The notes: a model not told the origin generated them from the letters alone. A stretch of DNA of 64,000 bases from Bacillota bacterium (GCA_050952625.1 JBMNLH010000005.1:74636-138635), one strand, 5' to 3'. Counted from the stretch's first letter, positions 10,439 to 19,989 are shown. Numbers and translations: made by a program.

Positions 10439-10743
10439 ACACATCTTCTTCTTGAGTGTAGGCGGAAAGTAGTGGATACGTCACTTCATTTAGAATGACA
10501 ACTGATTTGCCTCGCCTAAAAGCAGGCTTATTCGCTCGCGCTCAGGATGACATATATTCGCCATTTTTATAGGTGGTTGTACTAACGGGCATGGGCGGTT
10601 AAATAAGTGGATTGTGGTCTTTTATACTGTGGAAATATATGGTATGATTATGGGGGCTAAGGGTAGTTTTGATACTCCTCATGGCTTAAATCGGAGCTTT
10701 ACGGCCTATTAGAGTAATTATTTTATGGGATGGGGGTTGGACG

Positions 10744-12219
10744 GTGAGTCAAATCAAGTTTGGGACTGATGGTTGGCGGGCAATAGTGGCGGATACCTTT
10801 ACCTTTGAAAATGTGCGGCGGGTAACCCAGGCCATTGCTGATTACGTGAATCATCAGCAAATTGGCCATCGGGGAATTGTTGTGGGCTATGACTACCGGT
10901 TTCTCGGTAACCGGTTTGCGGAGGCGGTCACTGAGGTCCTAATGGGGAACGGAATTTCTGTTTTTTTGTTGCCGCAGGGCACCCCGACCCCGGTTACGGC
11001 CTTCATAATTCAGCACCGGCAAGCAGCCGGGGCAGTGATGTTAACGGCCAGCCATAACCCGCCTGAATATAATGGGATTAAGTTTATCCCGGAATACGCC
11101 GGGCCGGCTCTGCCGGCTATTACTGATGAGATTGAGCGTTTTCTGTTGAAAGTGTTGCAAGAAGATCCAGAACCTGCGGGTGGAAAGGCAGATTTTGTAC
11201 CAGCCAAAGCGGGTTCGACACGGGTGAAGCACTTGCCTCTGGCTAAAGGCCGACAGCTCGGTCTGCTGCAGGAGGTTCAGCCGGAAGAGGCCTACCTGAC
11301 TCATTTACAGTCCGTGGTCGATGTGGAGGGAATTCGGCATCATCCTTTAAAAGTCGTGATTGATCCAATGTTCGGCTGCGGGATTGGTTATCTGGAAAAG
11401 TTCCTGCTTGGGGCAGGCTGCCAGGTCGAAACCATTCATTCTTACCGCGATCCCTTGTTTGGCGGGATTGTTCCAGAGCCGATGGGAAAATGGCTGACTG
11501 AGTTGCAAAGCCGGGTTCAAGAAACCGGGGCGGATCTTGGTTTAGCGATGGACGGGGATGCGGACCGGTTTGGGATCGTTGATCGCCAGGGCAATTATGT
11601 TTCGGCCAATCAGGTCCTATACCTTTTATTCTATCACCTGCTGCATACTCGCCAATACCGGGGGCCGGTCGCGCGGACGGTGGCCACAACGCATATGCTG
11701 GATCGGATTGCCAGAAAGTATGGTCTGGCGGTTGAGGAAACGGCGGTCGGCTTCAAGTACATCGGGCAGGCTTTGCTGGAAAGAGGGGCGTTGCTGGGCG
11801 GAGAAGAAAGCGGCGGCCTCAGTATTCACGGGCATATCCCAGAAAAGGACGGCATCCTGGCTGCCGCCTTGATGGCCGAACTGGTGGCGACCGGCGGGAA
11901 AGATCCCAACCAGTTAAGTCAGGAGATCGCGGCCGAATACGGCCTGCTGGTTAGTGAGCGAATTGATATTCACTCGACCCAGGAAGAAAAAGAACGGATT
12001 CTTGGAATCCTGCAGAGTTTTCATCCCGCTTATCTGGCCGACTTCAAGGTAATTGAGCGAATAACCCACGATGGGGTGAAACTATTGCTGGAAAGAGATA
12101 ATTGGCTCTTGATCCGGGCATCCGGGACCGAGCCTCTCTTCCGCCTTTATGTAGAGGCTGAGGATTGGGAGAGTCTAAAACGAATCCAACAAGCAGCGAT
12201 CAAGTTACTGGGCCTTTAA
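10744..12219 (+). CDS. Phosphoglucomutase/phosphomannomutase
   Basis: KFGTDGWR, TASHNP, DGDADR, GGEESGG and RASGTEP motifs. Confidence 0.93.
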   Translation: MSQIKFGTDGWRAIVADTFTFENVRRVTQAIADYVNHQQIGHRGIVVGYDYRFLGNRFAEAVTEVLMGNGISVFLLPQGTPTPVTAFIIQHRQAAGAVMLTASHNPPEYNGIKFIPEYAGPALPAITDEIERFLLKVLQEDPEPAGGKADFVPAKAGSTRVKHLPLAKGRQLGLLQEVQPEEAYLTHLQSVVDVEGIRHHPLKVVIDPMFGCGIGYLEKFLLGAGCQVETIHSYRDPLFGGIVPEPMGKWLTELQSRVQETGADLGLAMDGDADRFGIVDRQGNYVSANQVLYLLFYHLLHTRQYRGPVARTVATTHMLDRIARKYGLAVEETAVGFKYIGQALLERGALLGGEESGGLSIHGHIPEKDGILAAALMAELVATGGKDPNQLSQEIAAEYGLLVSERIDIHSTQEEKERILGILQSFHPAYLADFKVIERITHDGVKLLLERDNWLLIRASGTEPLFRLYVEAEDWESLKRIQQAAIKLLGL

Positions 12220-12286
12220 GTGGACAAGTGGGACACGGGGCCTTTTTGCAAACTCCCGATACAACTTCTGAAATGTTTATCTGGAC

Positions 12287-12390
12287 AAAAGACCCCCATT
12301 TCTATAAGTGGGGGTTACCTTGTTTAAACTTCGGGTGGAGTAGAGTCTCCATCTGAAGCCTCGGTGTTCAGCGAAGCTGAACGAGTTCGC
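12287..12390 (+). repeat. Dispersed ~105 bp MITE-like element, family M
   Basis: aagac(t/c)ccc..ttctataag..ggggttacc...aacttc(a/g)ggtggagtagagtctccatctgaag...tgttcagcgaagct.aacgagttc. Full or partial copies at 13544-13577, 14218-14375, 15325-15392 and 48933-49005, all on the + strand and intergenic. Confidence 0.8.
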
Positions 12391-12609
12391 TAGGCCATTC
12401 TAGACACCTTCCCATAGCGAACACCTTCCATAATAATTTTGAATTTTTTAATAATCTAAGATTAATTCTTAGATTATTTTGTTCCGGCAACAATCATCAA
12501 CAAATGTTTGTCCGTGTCCGTGTCCTGTCCCCGTATCCGTATCCGTGTCTGTGTTTGTGTCTGTATCCGTGTCTCGTCCCCGTGTTCCGGTTGGAAATAG
12601 CAATTAAAT

Positions 12610-12636
12610 GGAGGAAATTTTTAGACTTTGTCGAAT
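12610..12636 (+). promoter_or_regulatory. SigH-like promoter upstream of the response regulator
   Basis: GGAGGAAAT-N11-GTCGAAT matches the B. subtilis SigH consensus (RNAGGAWWW-N11-12-RNNGAAT). Similar sites at 14462-14490 (codY) and 57988-58014. Confidence 0.5.
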
Positions 12637-12852
12637 GTAGGTATAAAGTAATACCGTGATTTAACGATAGTTAACATAAGTAGTTTTTTAGCTAAAACCC
12701 GGGTTCTAAAATTGGGGGTGTTCAAAATTATTACTAAAGCAATTGACAGCTTAGGTTTAGGCTTCAGACGGGATGTTGGTTCTTCTGGGAATTTAGCTTT
12801 AGGTTCTGGTGCAAGTTCCAGTAGTATTTTTCCGACCCGGGGTGAAGATAAG

Positions 12853-13527
12853 TTGGCGGGTAAAGGAGTTAAAGCTCACGATGAGATTCGGGTATGCATT
12901 GTAGATGACCATGCCCTGGTTAGACAGGGGTTAGCCAGGGTTTTGGAACTAGAACCTCGGATTCAAGTGGTGGGTGAGGCTGGTGATGGTCTAGAAGCAA
13001 TTTTACTGGCAAATGAATTGCGGCCAGACGTTATCCTGATGGATATAAATATGCCTGTAACTGACGGGATTGAAGCCAGTCGGATTATTAACCGCGACCA
13101 TCCCAAAACGCGAATCATTGCGCTAACTGTTTACGATGATGATCGTGTTTTTGAGGTTATCAGAGCCGGGGTTTCTGCTTATATTCTGAAGGATGTAGAG
13201 GCAGAAGAACTAATTCGGGCGATAATTGACGTTCATGAGGGACGGTCAATTATTCACCCGCGAGTAACCGGTAAGGTGCTGGGTGAATTCACCCGTCTAT
13301 CCAATTCGGAGGGAGATGGCAGCCACTTAGACCGGCTCACGCAAAGAGAAAGGGAAGTTCTGGAGCTAATTGCTAAAGGTGAGGCTAATCGGGAGATTGC
13401 CAATCGGTTATACATAAGTGAAAAGACGGTGAAAAACCATATAACCAGCATTCTTCGCAAGCTAAATGTGCATGACCGTACTCAGGCCGCCATTTATGCC
13501 ATTAAGCGTAAATTGGTTGAGCCATGA
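12853..13527 (+). CDS. NarL/DegU-family response regulator (REC + LuxR HTH)
   Basis: IVDDHALVRQG, PDVILMDINMP and LTQREREVL...SEKTVKNHIT; upstream of comF as degU is in Bacillus. TTG start chosen from the GGGGTGA RBS. Confidence 0.88.
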   Translation: MAGKGVKAHDEIRVCIVDDHALVRQGLARVLELEPRIQVVGEAGDGLEAILLANELRPDVILMDINMPVTDGIEASRIINRDHPKTRIIALTVYDDDRVFEVIRAGVSAYILKDVEAEELIRAIIDVHEGRSIIHPRVTGKVLGEFTRLSNSEGDGSHLDRLTQREREVLELIAKGEANREIANRLYISEKTVKNHITSILRKLNVHDRTQAAIYAIKRKLVEP

Positions 13528-13711
13528 GTTTGCAATAAATTACGCCTTGATGTTCAGCGAAGCTAAGCGAGTTCACTGAGCTGATTCCGTTCGGTCCCCA
13601 GAGTGGTTACCCCTTGGTTATGTTAAGGCATACACTAGAGTGTAGTAATGTGATTAATGTCAATCGCTGGCCTTGTATCAGATTAGAGAAGTTTATCCAG
13701 GGGGGACTATC

Positions 13712-14203
13712 ATGGACTGGGTTTTTCTGGGGAAGAGTTTGTTGGTTATCCTGGGTTTATTTTTGGTCTTTTGGGTTAATTGGAAACTGATTTGGAAGGC
13801 GCAGCGGGAGTCTGGTTCTTATTTGTCAGTTGTTTTATTAATGGTGGTCCAAAACCAGGAGAAGATTATAGAAGGTGTGATTCGGCAGTTGCGTTGGCTT
13901 CGCTTACGTTCGCCGGTTTTTTTTGAATTAGTCGTGGTTGATAGCGGCTCGCGGGATAATACGAACGAAATTTTGCATCGGCTGTGGCGGTGTCAGGAGG
14001 ACTTTAGATTTTACCGATTGGAGGAAACGGACTGCGGGGCTAATCCGCTGGAGGTTGTTCGACGGGATAACTTCCAACAAACAATTTATTTGGTCGAACT
14101 AGACTATTCAGCCTCGCTGGGTCAGGTAGTAAAGGCAATCGATCGGGCCCTGCAGGGAGATTATTCTAACGAAATGGTTAGAATCGTTGATAAGTGGGCC
14201 TAA
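13712..14203 (+). CDS. Membrane-anchored protein with partial GT2 glycosyltransferase-like domain
   Basis: N-terminal TM helix, then VVQNQEKIIEG...ELVVVDSGSRDNTNEIL. Confidence 0.65.
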   Translation: MDWVFLGKSLLVILGLFLVFWVNWKLIWKAQRESGSYLSVVLLMVVQNQEKIIEGVIRQLRWLRLRSPVFFELVVVDSGSRDNTNEILHRLWRCQEDFRFYRLEETDCGANPLEVVRRDNFQQTIYLVELDYSASLGQVVKAIDRALQGDYSNEMVRIVDKWA

Positions 14204-14530
14204 TTTATAGCTGGATCAAAAAGACTCCCGCTTCTGCAGGGGGTTATCCTATTTGAACTTCAGGTGGTCTTTTTTTACCGCTGCCTTGAGTACCCTAGGC
14301 GGGGGGTACCCTATTTGAACTCCAGGTGGAGTAGAGTCTCCAGCCCCGATGTTCGGCGAGGCTAAACGAGTTCATTTTAGGCTATCCGTGAGGTACATTG
14401 CATTTTATTTTAGAATTGTGTAAAATTTATAGAAAAAAGTTTAAAATAAGGCAGATTTAAGGCAGGAATATAGAAAGCTGATGTTGAAATATTCTAATAG
14501 ATTTTAATGTTTTGAAAGGAGAATCTGACC

Positions 14531-15274
14531 TTGGACGAACTCGATGTTCTTTTGGGGAAGACAAGACTCCTTAACCAGATGGTACAGCGTCAGTCCGACC
14601 AACCTCCGGATTTTAAGGAGTTGGCCAGTATTTTATCGGGACTTACAGCAAGCCATGTCTATATTATAGAAAAAAAGGGGAATGTATTGGGCAGCTGTAA
14701 TTACCCCGGGATTGGTCAGCCGATGGTTGGGTCAAGGGTACTAGATGAGCACATTTTAACCGAGGAATATCTCGAGTGGTTATCTAGTTTTTTTGAGACT
14801 GGAGTTAGTTGTCAGGTGGGTCCGGATACTTTGCTGACTATTATTCCTTTGTATGGAGGGCCGAATCGTTTAGGTACGGTAGTGCTGGCAAAATCTGAGG
14901 AATTTACGACGCAAGAGGTAATTGTCGCTGAGGTAGGAGCAACGGTTATTGGACTGGCCATTCTGCGAGACCTCAATGACCAGGCCGAAAGAATCAATCG
15001 AAAGAAGGATGCTGTCGCCCAGGCACTAGCTGTACTATCGTATTCTGAGGTTGAGGCGGTCAAGTACATTTTTAAGGAACTAGATGGAGACGAAGGTTTT
15101 GTGGTGGCGATTCGATTGGCTGACAAGTATATGTTAACTCGTTCGGTTATTGTGAATGCCTTACGTAAGTTGGAAAGTGCTGGGGTAATTCAAGCGCGTT
15201 CCCTGGGGATGAAAGGGACATATATTAAGGTGTTAAATGAATTTTTACACGAGCAGTTAGCTGGGATCGAATAA
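14531..15274 (+). CDS. codY: CodY-family GTP-sensing transcriptional repressor (divergent)
   Basis: LLGKTRLLN N-terminus, LSYSEVEAV and TRSVIVNALRKLESAGVIQARSLGMKGTYIK. Confidence 0.85.
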   Translation: MDELDVLLGKTRLLNQMVQRQSDQPPDFKELASILSGLTASHVYIIEKKGNVLGSCNYPGIGQPMVGSRVLDEHILTEEYLEWLSSFFETGVSCQVGPDTLLTIIPLYGGPNRLGTVVLAKSEEFTTQEVIVAEVGATVIGLAILRDLNDQAERINRKKDAVAQALAVLSYSEVEAVKYIFKELDGDEGFVVAIRLADKYMLTRSVIVNALRKLESAGVIQARSLGMKGTYIKVLNEFLHEQLAGIE

Positions 15275-15637
15275 GTAACCCAGATTTTTTTGGGCTTCCA
15301 TCCTTCATATTGTTTAGCTGAATGAAAAAGACTCCTAAGACTTCAGGTGGAGAAGAGCCTCTATCTGAAAAATTGATGTTCAGCGAAGCTGATTAAAATT
15401 TACTGGATTCAACTTTTTCAGTAGTTATCACCTGGTTTGGAAGCAGAGACATTTCCCAGCCAGGTTTTCTTTTATAACGATCCTGATGAAACTGAACACC
15501 AGATAAATTTCGTTTTCTAGCCCAGTTTGCTAACCGAGTAAAACGAGTAAAATACCAGCGAATACTGGCTATCTATGCCCGGGACGGTTAACCGGTCTTC
15601 GTGTTTCACAACGAGCTAAGGGTGGATCAAACAAACG

Positions 15638-18112
15638 ATGTCGTCTAATCTCTATCCGTCTTATCAAGTTTATCTGGCCTGGAACAATACTCATTACCGA
15701 ATTTTTATTAGCCATTGGCCAGAACTGGATCTAAAAATCCTCTTTCAGGAGCAAGGGCTGAATAAATTGGGTCTGTTGACTCGACCCCTGCCAATTGGGA
15801 TCGCCCATTATGTTGCCGGCTGGATTGCGTCTGAGACGGAGAGGCGTTTGGCTTTGTTGGCTTCGGCTGATCAGACATCGTTCCCCGGGGTTAAAGCTGG
15901 CGGTTGGCGAAGTTGGTTAATCCGCGGTCAAGAAAGATTGCGTCGTCTAACTAGGACAACTGATTCGGCCAATACCACCGAGTTCGGGAATCTATTGATG
16001 CCGGAAAAAAACGGTCGGGCTGAGTTTGGTCCGGCGTTACTGCACCAGCGTTTTCGGTTGGTTCAAAAAGCCCTTAAATCCTTGGAAGCCGGAGCTTTGC
16101 CCGAAAAACTTGCTTGGGCTGAGTTTAAGCCAAGGATCTTGGTTGTCGGGGACTCAGGGTATGCGGCTTCTGGTGCCGGGCCTTGTTTCTCGGTCGATCC
16201 GGCTGGGTCTGAATCATTGGGTGAGCAGAAAGTTCTGAAGGCTTCAAATGCTCTGGAAGACGCCGGGGAAGCCCCGTTGCTTTCTGCTTACGAACCCGGG
16301 TCGGTAAAATCAATTCAGATAAATCAAGTTTCGGCTGCTTCGGATGCTTTTGCAGCAGCGGCAGTACCGGGAACTAAGGCGATCTTGAGCGAAATATTAG
16401 CGGGCCGGGTGTTGGTGGCCGGAGAAGTCAAGACCATGCTTGCGACTAATGGACTAATATCGGAAGCGGCATCGGGACCGTGGCTGCCTCTCCCTATCCA
16501 AAATATCCTTCAGGTCCTGGCTTTGCGGGGGGAGGTTTGTTTATTGCCGTCGGTAAACCGGAGTCAGCTCGGTGACCCGGTATGTCAGCGGTGCGGCCAG
16601 TCTCGGGGGATTAAGTCTTCGGTCTGTCATTACTGCGGTCGTTTGGCGTGTTATTACTGTGAAGAATGTCTTAATCTGGGTCTGGCGCGGGAATGTTTGC
16701 CGTTAATCGCGATGCCCGGACAAAGTCGCCTTACAGGCTTGCCGGAGACAATCCCGACGCCTCAGGCCTTGTCTCACGCACATCAGGGCTTGCGTCATTC
16801 ATCTCCGGCCTCGCCTCTCGCACCTCAGACTTCGCGTTATTCGCCGCCGGGCCCGCATCTTACCCCTCGAGGTTCGCGTTATTCAGAAATTCAGGCACCG
16901 TATCAAACACCTCCGGTTTCGGGTCCTATCCCAGACGTTTCGGCCCAGAGTCAAGAGATAAGCCAGGAGGAGGGAGACCGGAAAACTACGGGAATTCCAG
17001 CCCCGGTCTGCTTGGAGTTTGCGCTTACCCCGGCCCAGCAGCGAGCAGCAGAAGAGGTTCGGCAGTTTTGGTTATCTGGGAAGCAGGCGGAGTGTTTGGT
17101 TTGGGCGGTCTGTGGAGCGGGAAAAACAGAGGTTGTTTTTTCAGTATTAGCCGAGGTTCTAGCCCGAGGGGGCCGCGTTTTATACGCTATTCCTCGTCGA
17201 GACGTCGTGCGGGAGCTAGAGCCCCGACTGCGGCAGGCTTTTCCGAATTACCGGGTCTTAGGTCTTTACGCTGGGAGCGGCCGCCGGTACGCAGCAGCGG
17301 ATATTTATGTCGCGACTACTCACCAATCCCTGCGGTTTTACCAAAATTTTGACTTGGTTATCCTGGATGAGGTTGATGCCTATCCTTACCGGGATAGTCC
17401 GATGCTGCATTTTGCCGTGCAGCGCGCTCGAAAACCAGAGGGTAAGACCGTGTATCTTACGGCTACGCCAAAGTCAGCCATGCAGCAACTGGCTTTGAAA
17501 GGCGAAATGGGCCTGGTTTATATCCCGGCTCGGCATCATGGTTATCCAGTTCCGGAGCCAGAATTGCTGGCTGAAAGGCAATTGCGTTATCCCCGGACCG
17601 GCCAGGAGTTGGGGCTGCCGCAGACTGTTATTGAATTGATTTATCAAAGCGTGGTCGTTGAGCAGGTCCGGTTGTTTGTTTTTGTTCCCTCTATTTGGTT
17701 GACTGAACAGGTAGCCCGGGCGATAAACCGCGTGGTTGAAAGTGATGATCGGTTTGAGAATAAGAGGGCCAGAAACTGGGCGCAATTCTGTCACGCCCGG
17801 GATCCTTGGCGGGACCAGAAGCGGACCGGTTTTTCCCGGGGAAATTTTCCGATCCTGGTGACGACTACTATCTTGGAGCGGGGTATTACGATCGCCCCGG
17901 TTAATGTGCTGGTACTTTTTGCAGAGTCGGAAAAAATCTTTGATGAGGGGACTTTGGTGCAGATGGCCGGGCGGACCGGTCGAACCGAGGCTTACCCGGA
18001 GGGAAAAGTCTGGCTGGTTGGTGCCTCCGTCAGTCCAGCAATGCGGCAAGCGCGCGACAGAATTCTGGAGATGAATCGCATAGCCAGAGATCGGGGGTAT
18101 TTGAGAGGATGA
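15638..18112 (+). CDS. comFA: ComFA-like DEAD/DEAH-box helicase (competence) with long low-complexity insertions
   Basis: Zn-binding CxxC clusters, WAVCGAGKTE, DEVDAYPY, TTILERGIT and QMAGRTGR. Confidence 0.88.
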   Translation: MSSNLYPSYQVYLAWNNTHYRIFISHWPELDLKILFQEQGLNKLGLLTRPLPIGIAHYVAGWIASETERRLALLASADQTSFPGVKAGGWRSWLIRGQERLRRLTRTTDSANTTEFGNLLMPEKNGRAEFGPALLHQRFRLVQKALKSLEAGALPEKLAWAEFKPRILVVGDSGYAASGAGPCFSVDPAGSESLGEQKVLKASNALEDAGEAPLLSAYEPGSVKSIQINQVSAASDAFAAAAVPGTKAILSEILAGRVLVAGEVKTMLATNGLISEAASGPWLPLPIQNILQVLALRGEVCLLPSVNRSQLGDPVCQRCGQSRGIKSSVCHYCGRLACYYCEECLNLGLARECLPLIAMPGQSRLTGLPETIPTPQALSHAHQGLRHSSPASPLAPQTSRYSPPGPHLTPRGSRYSEIQAPYQTPPVSGPIPDVSAQSQEISQEEGDRKTTGIPAPVCLEFALTPAQQRAAEEVRQFWLSGKQAECLVWAVCGAGKTEVVFSVLAEVLARGGRVLYAIPRRDVVRELEPRLRQAFPNYRVLGLYAGSGRRYAAADIYVATTHQSLRFYQNFDLVILDEVDAYPYRDSPMLHFAVQRARKPEGKTVYLTATPKSAMQQLALKGEMGLVYIPARHHGYPVPEPELLAERQLRYPRTGQELGLPQTVIELIYQSVVVEQVRLFVFVPSIWLTEQVARAINRVVESDDRFENKRARNWAQFCHARDPWRDQKRTGFSRGNFPILVTTTILERGITIAPVNVLVLFAESEKIFDEGTLVQMAGRTGRTEAYPEGKVWLVGASVSPAMRQARDRILEMNRIARDRGYLRG

Positions 18113-19146
18113 AACGGTTTTTGTCGGGCTTATTAGCTAAAATCAGCCGGGACAGTAAATCTGTTTCCGCGTCGGACGATAAACCTGTCCCCATGTCAGG
18201 CGATAGACCTGTCCCTGTGTCCCGCAATAAACCTGTCCTCGTGTCCCGCGATAAACCTATCAGCGTGTCCCAGTGGCTTGATTTAATCTATCCTCCTCCC
18301 AAAACTTGTCCGTTATGCGGGAAGACCTGGTCAAAGCAGCGGGGGGCGGCGGTTTGTGCGCGGTGTATTGGTGAGATTGCGGAGCTTCAGGCGGATATGG
18401 TTGTTTGTCGGCACTGTGGCCGATTCTTGGCAAGGGGATCCGTGGTTAGCAGATCGGGTTTAGCTGATGAATCAGTTCTTTTCTCCCAATATATTGATCA
18501 ATCAGGCAGTCAGGCAAGTGTTCTGACGGTCGAGAATTTTTGCTGTGCTGACTGCCGCCAAAACCCGCCCGCCTTCCAAATGGCCCGGGCGATTGGCCCT
18601 TTTGAAGGCCTGCTGCGTGAGGCGGTGTACCAGCTGAAGTATCAGGGCAAGCTGTCTTTGCGGGAGCCATTGGGTTGGTTGATGGCGGAAGTAATCAGAA
18701 AAGAGTGGGCAATAAAAGGGCCGCCGCTGGTCGTACCGGTCCCTCTTCACCCTAACCGGCTGGCGGAACGCGGTTTTAACCAGGCTGAATTACTGGCAAC
18801 AGCAGTGGCTCGTGAATTAGGCTGGCGATTGCATAATCAGTTGTTAATCAGGCAGGTGGATACCGTTTCCCAGACTCGGCTTAACCGGTCAGAACGCTTA
18901 ATTAACCTGCAGGGTGCCTTTGCGGTGCGCGAGTCAGACAGGACCGTTCGTCAGGAGATGATAAATGCTGGTTGTGCGGCGGAGAAACAGGTGCGCGAGC
19001 CAGACAGGATCGTTCGTCAGCCGATTGTCTTAGTTGATGATGTTTTGACGAGCGGTACAACGAGTGAGGAGTGTGCCCGGGTGCTGCAGCAGGCCGGCTA
19101 CGGCCCGGTGATGGTGATCACGATCGCTACGGGTAAAATTGCCTAA
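18109..19146 (+). CDS. comFC: ComF/ComFC family protein (double zinc ribbon + PRTase)
   Basis: CPLC..CARC, VPVPLH..RLAERGFNQAE and LVDDVLTSGTT; overlaps the comFA stop (ATGA). Confidence 0.9.
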   Translation: MKRFLSGLLAKISRDSKSVSASDDKPVPMSGDRPVPVSRNKPVLVSRDKPISVSQWLDLIYPPPKTCPLCGKTWSKQRGAAVCARCIGEIAELQADMVVCRHCGRFLARGSVVSRSGLADESVLFSQYIDQSGSQASVLTVENFCCADCRQNPPAFQMARAIGPFEGLLREAVYQLKYQGKLSLREPLGWLMAEVIRKEWAIKGPPLVVPVPLHPNRLAERGFNQAELLATAVARELGWRLHNQLLIRQVDTVSQTRLNRSERLINLQGAFAVRESDRTVRQEMINAGCAAEKQVREPDRIVRQPIVLVDDVLTSGTTSEECARVLQQAGYGPVMVITIATGKIA

Positions 19147-19239
19147 ACTTACATTAGAAGCTGGTTTTTACCCTATGTTTTCGATAAAATAAAGAAAATT
19201 AGTACAAAGAAATTAGTGCAATAACAAGGGGGGGAAAGA

Positions 19240-19662
19240 ATGGATTTTCGCAACTGTCCGCGGTGTGATCAGTTATTTCGTTATGCTGGCCGCAACCTTT
19301 GCCCGGCTTGTATTCGGGCTGAGGATGAGGAGTACGAGAAGGTGCGGGTTTTCGTTCGGGACCATCCAGGAATGACTATTCCTGAGGTCAGTAAGGCGAC
19401 CGGCGTAAGTTCCGAAAAGATCATCCGTTTTTTGCGTGATGGAAGGTTATTGTCAAAAGGATTAGATATGGGGGGGAGTTTGACTTGCGATAGCTGCGGG
19501 ACTCACATAGATGAGGGGACTTTATGCCTGCGGTGTCGAGAGGAATTAGCTAGCCAATTTGGAAGCAAACTTAATCTTCTCCAACCAAAAAAGACGCCTC
19601 CTCCCGGGAAGTCGTTCAGCCAGCATAAAATGCATACCGCCCAAACGAAAAAGCCCTACTAG
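19240..19662 (+). CDS. Flagellar-region protein YvyF/TIGR03826 family
   Basis: NCPRC...LCPAC, EVSKATGVS..IIRFLRDGRL and a second Zn ribbon; conserved position between comF and flgM. Confidence 0.85.
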   Translation: MDFRNCPRCDQLFRYAGRNLCPACIRAEDEEYEKVRVFVRDHPGMTIPEVSKATGVSSEKIIRFLRDGRLLSKGLDMGGSLTCDSCGTHIDEGTLCLRCREELASQFGSKLNLLQPKKTPPPGKSFSQHKMHTAQTKKPY

Positions 19663-19989
19663 TATTGTTGCGGTTATGTTTAGGGATGATGTTTTCACGC
19701 TAATTCCAGAGGGGAATCTCGCTACTAGTTATCGCTGCGGTTATGTCTAGGGCCTAACCATGGATGAAACATTAAATCAGTATCGGACAGTTAAAAATCG
19801 GGGTCTAAGGCTGATTAAGCTCGTGGTGCTGAGCAAATCAGCGGTAATTTGCTTTTTAGCGACTAATTGGAGTCGGCTGGGGTATCGAAAGATAAAATAA
19901 GAGACTGATAAGATTATTCGCATTTACTTAGGTTATTGTACTTTAACCGGCTAGATTATCTGGTCCGTGGACGAGGGGGAATAAGGATT

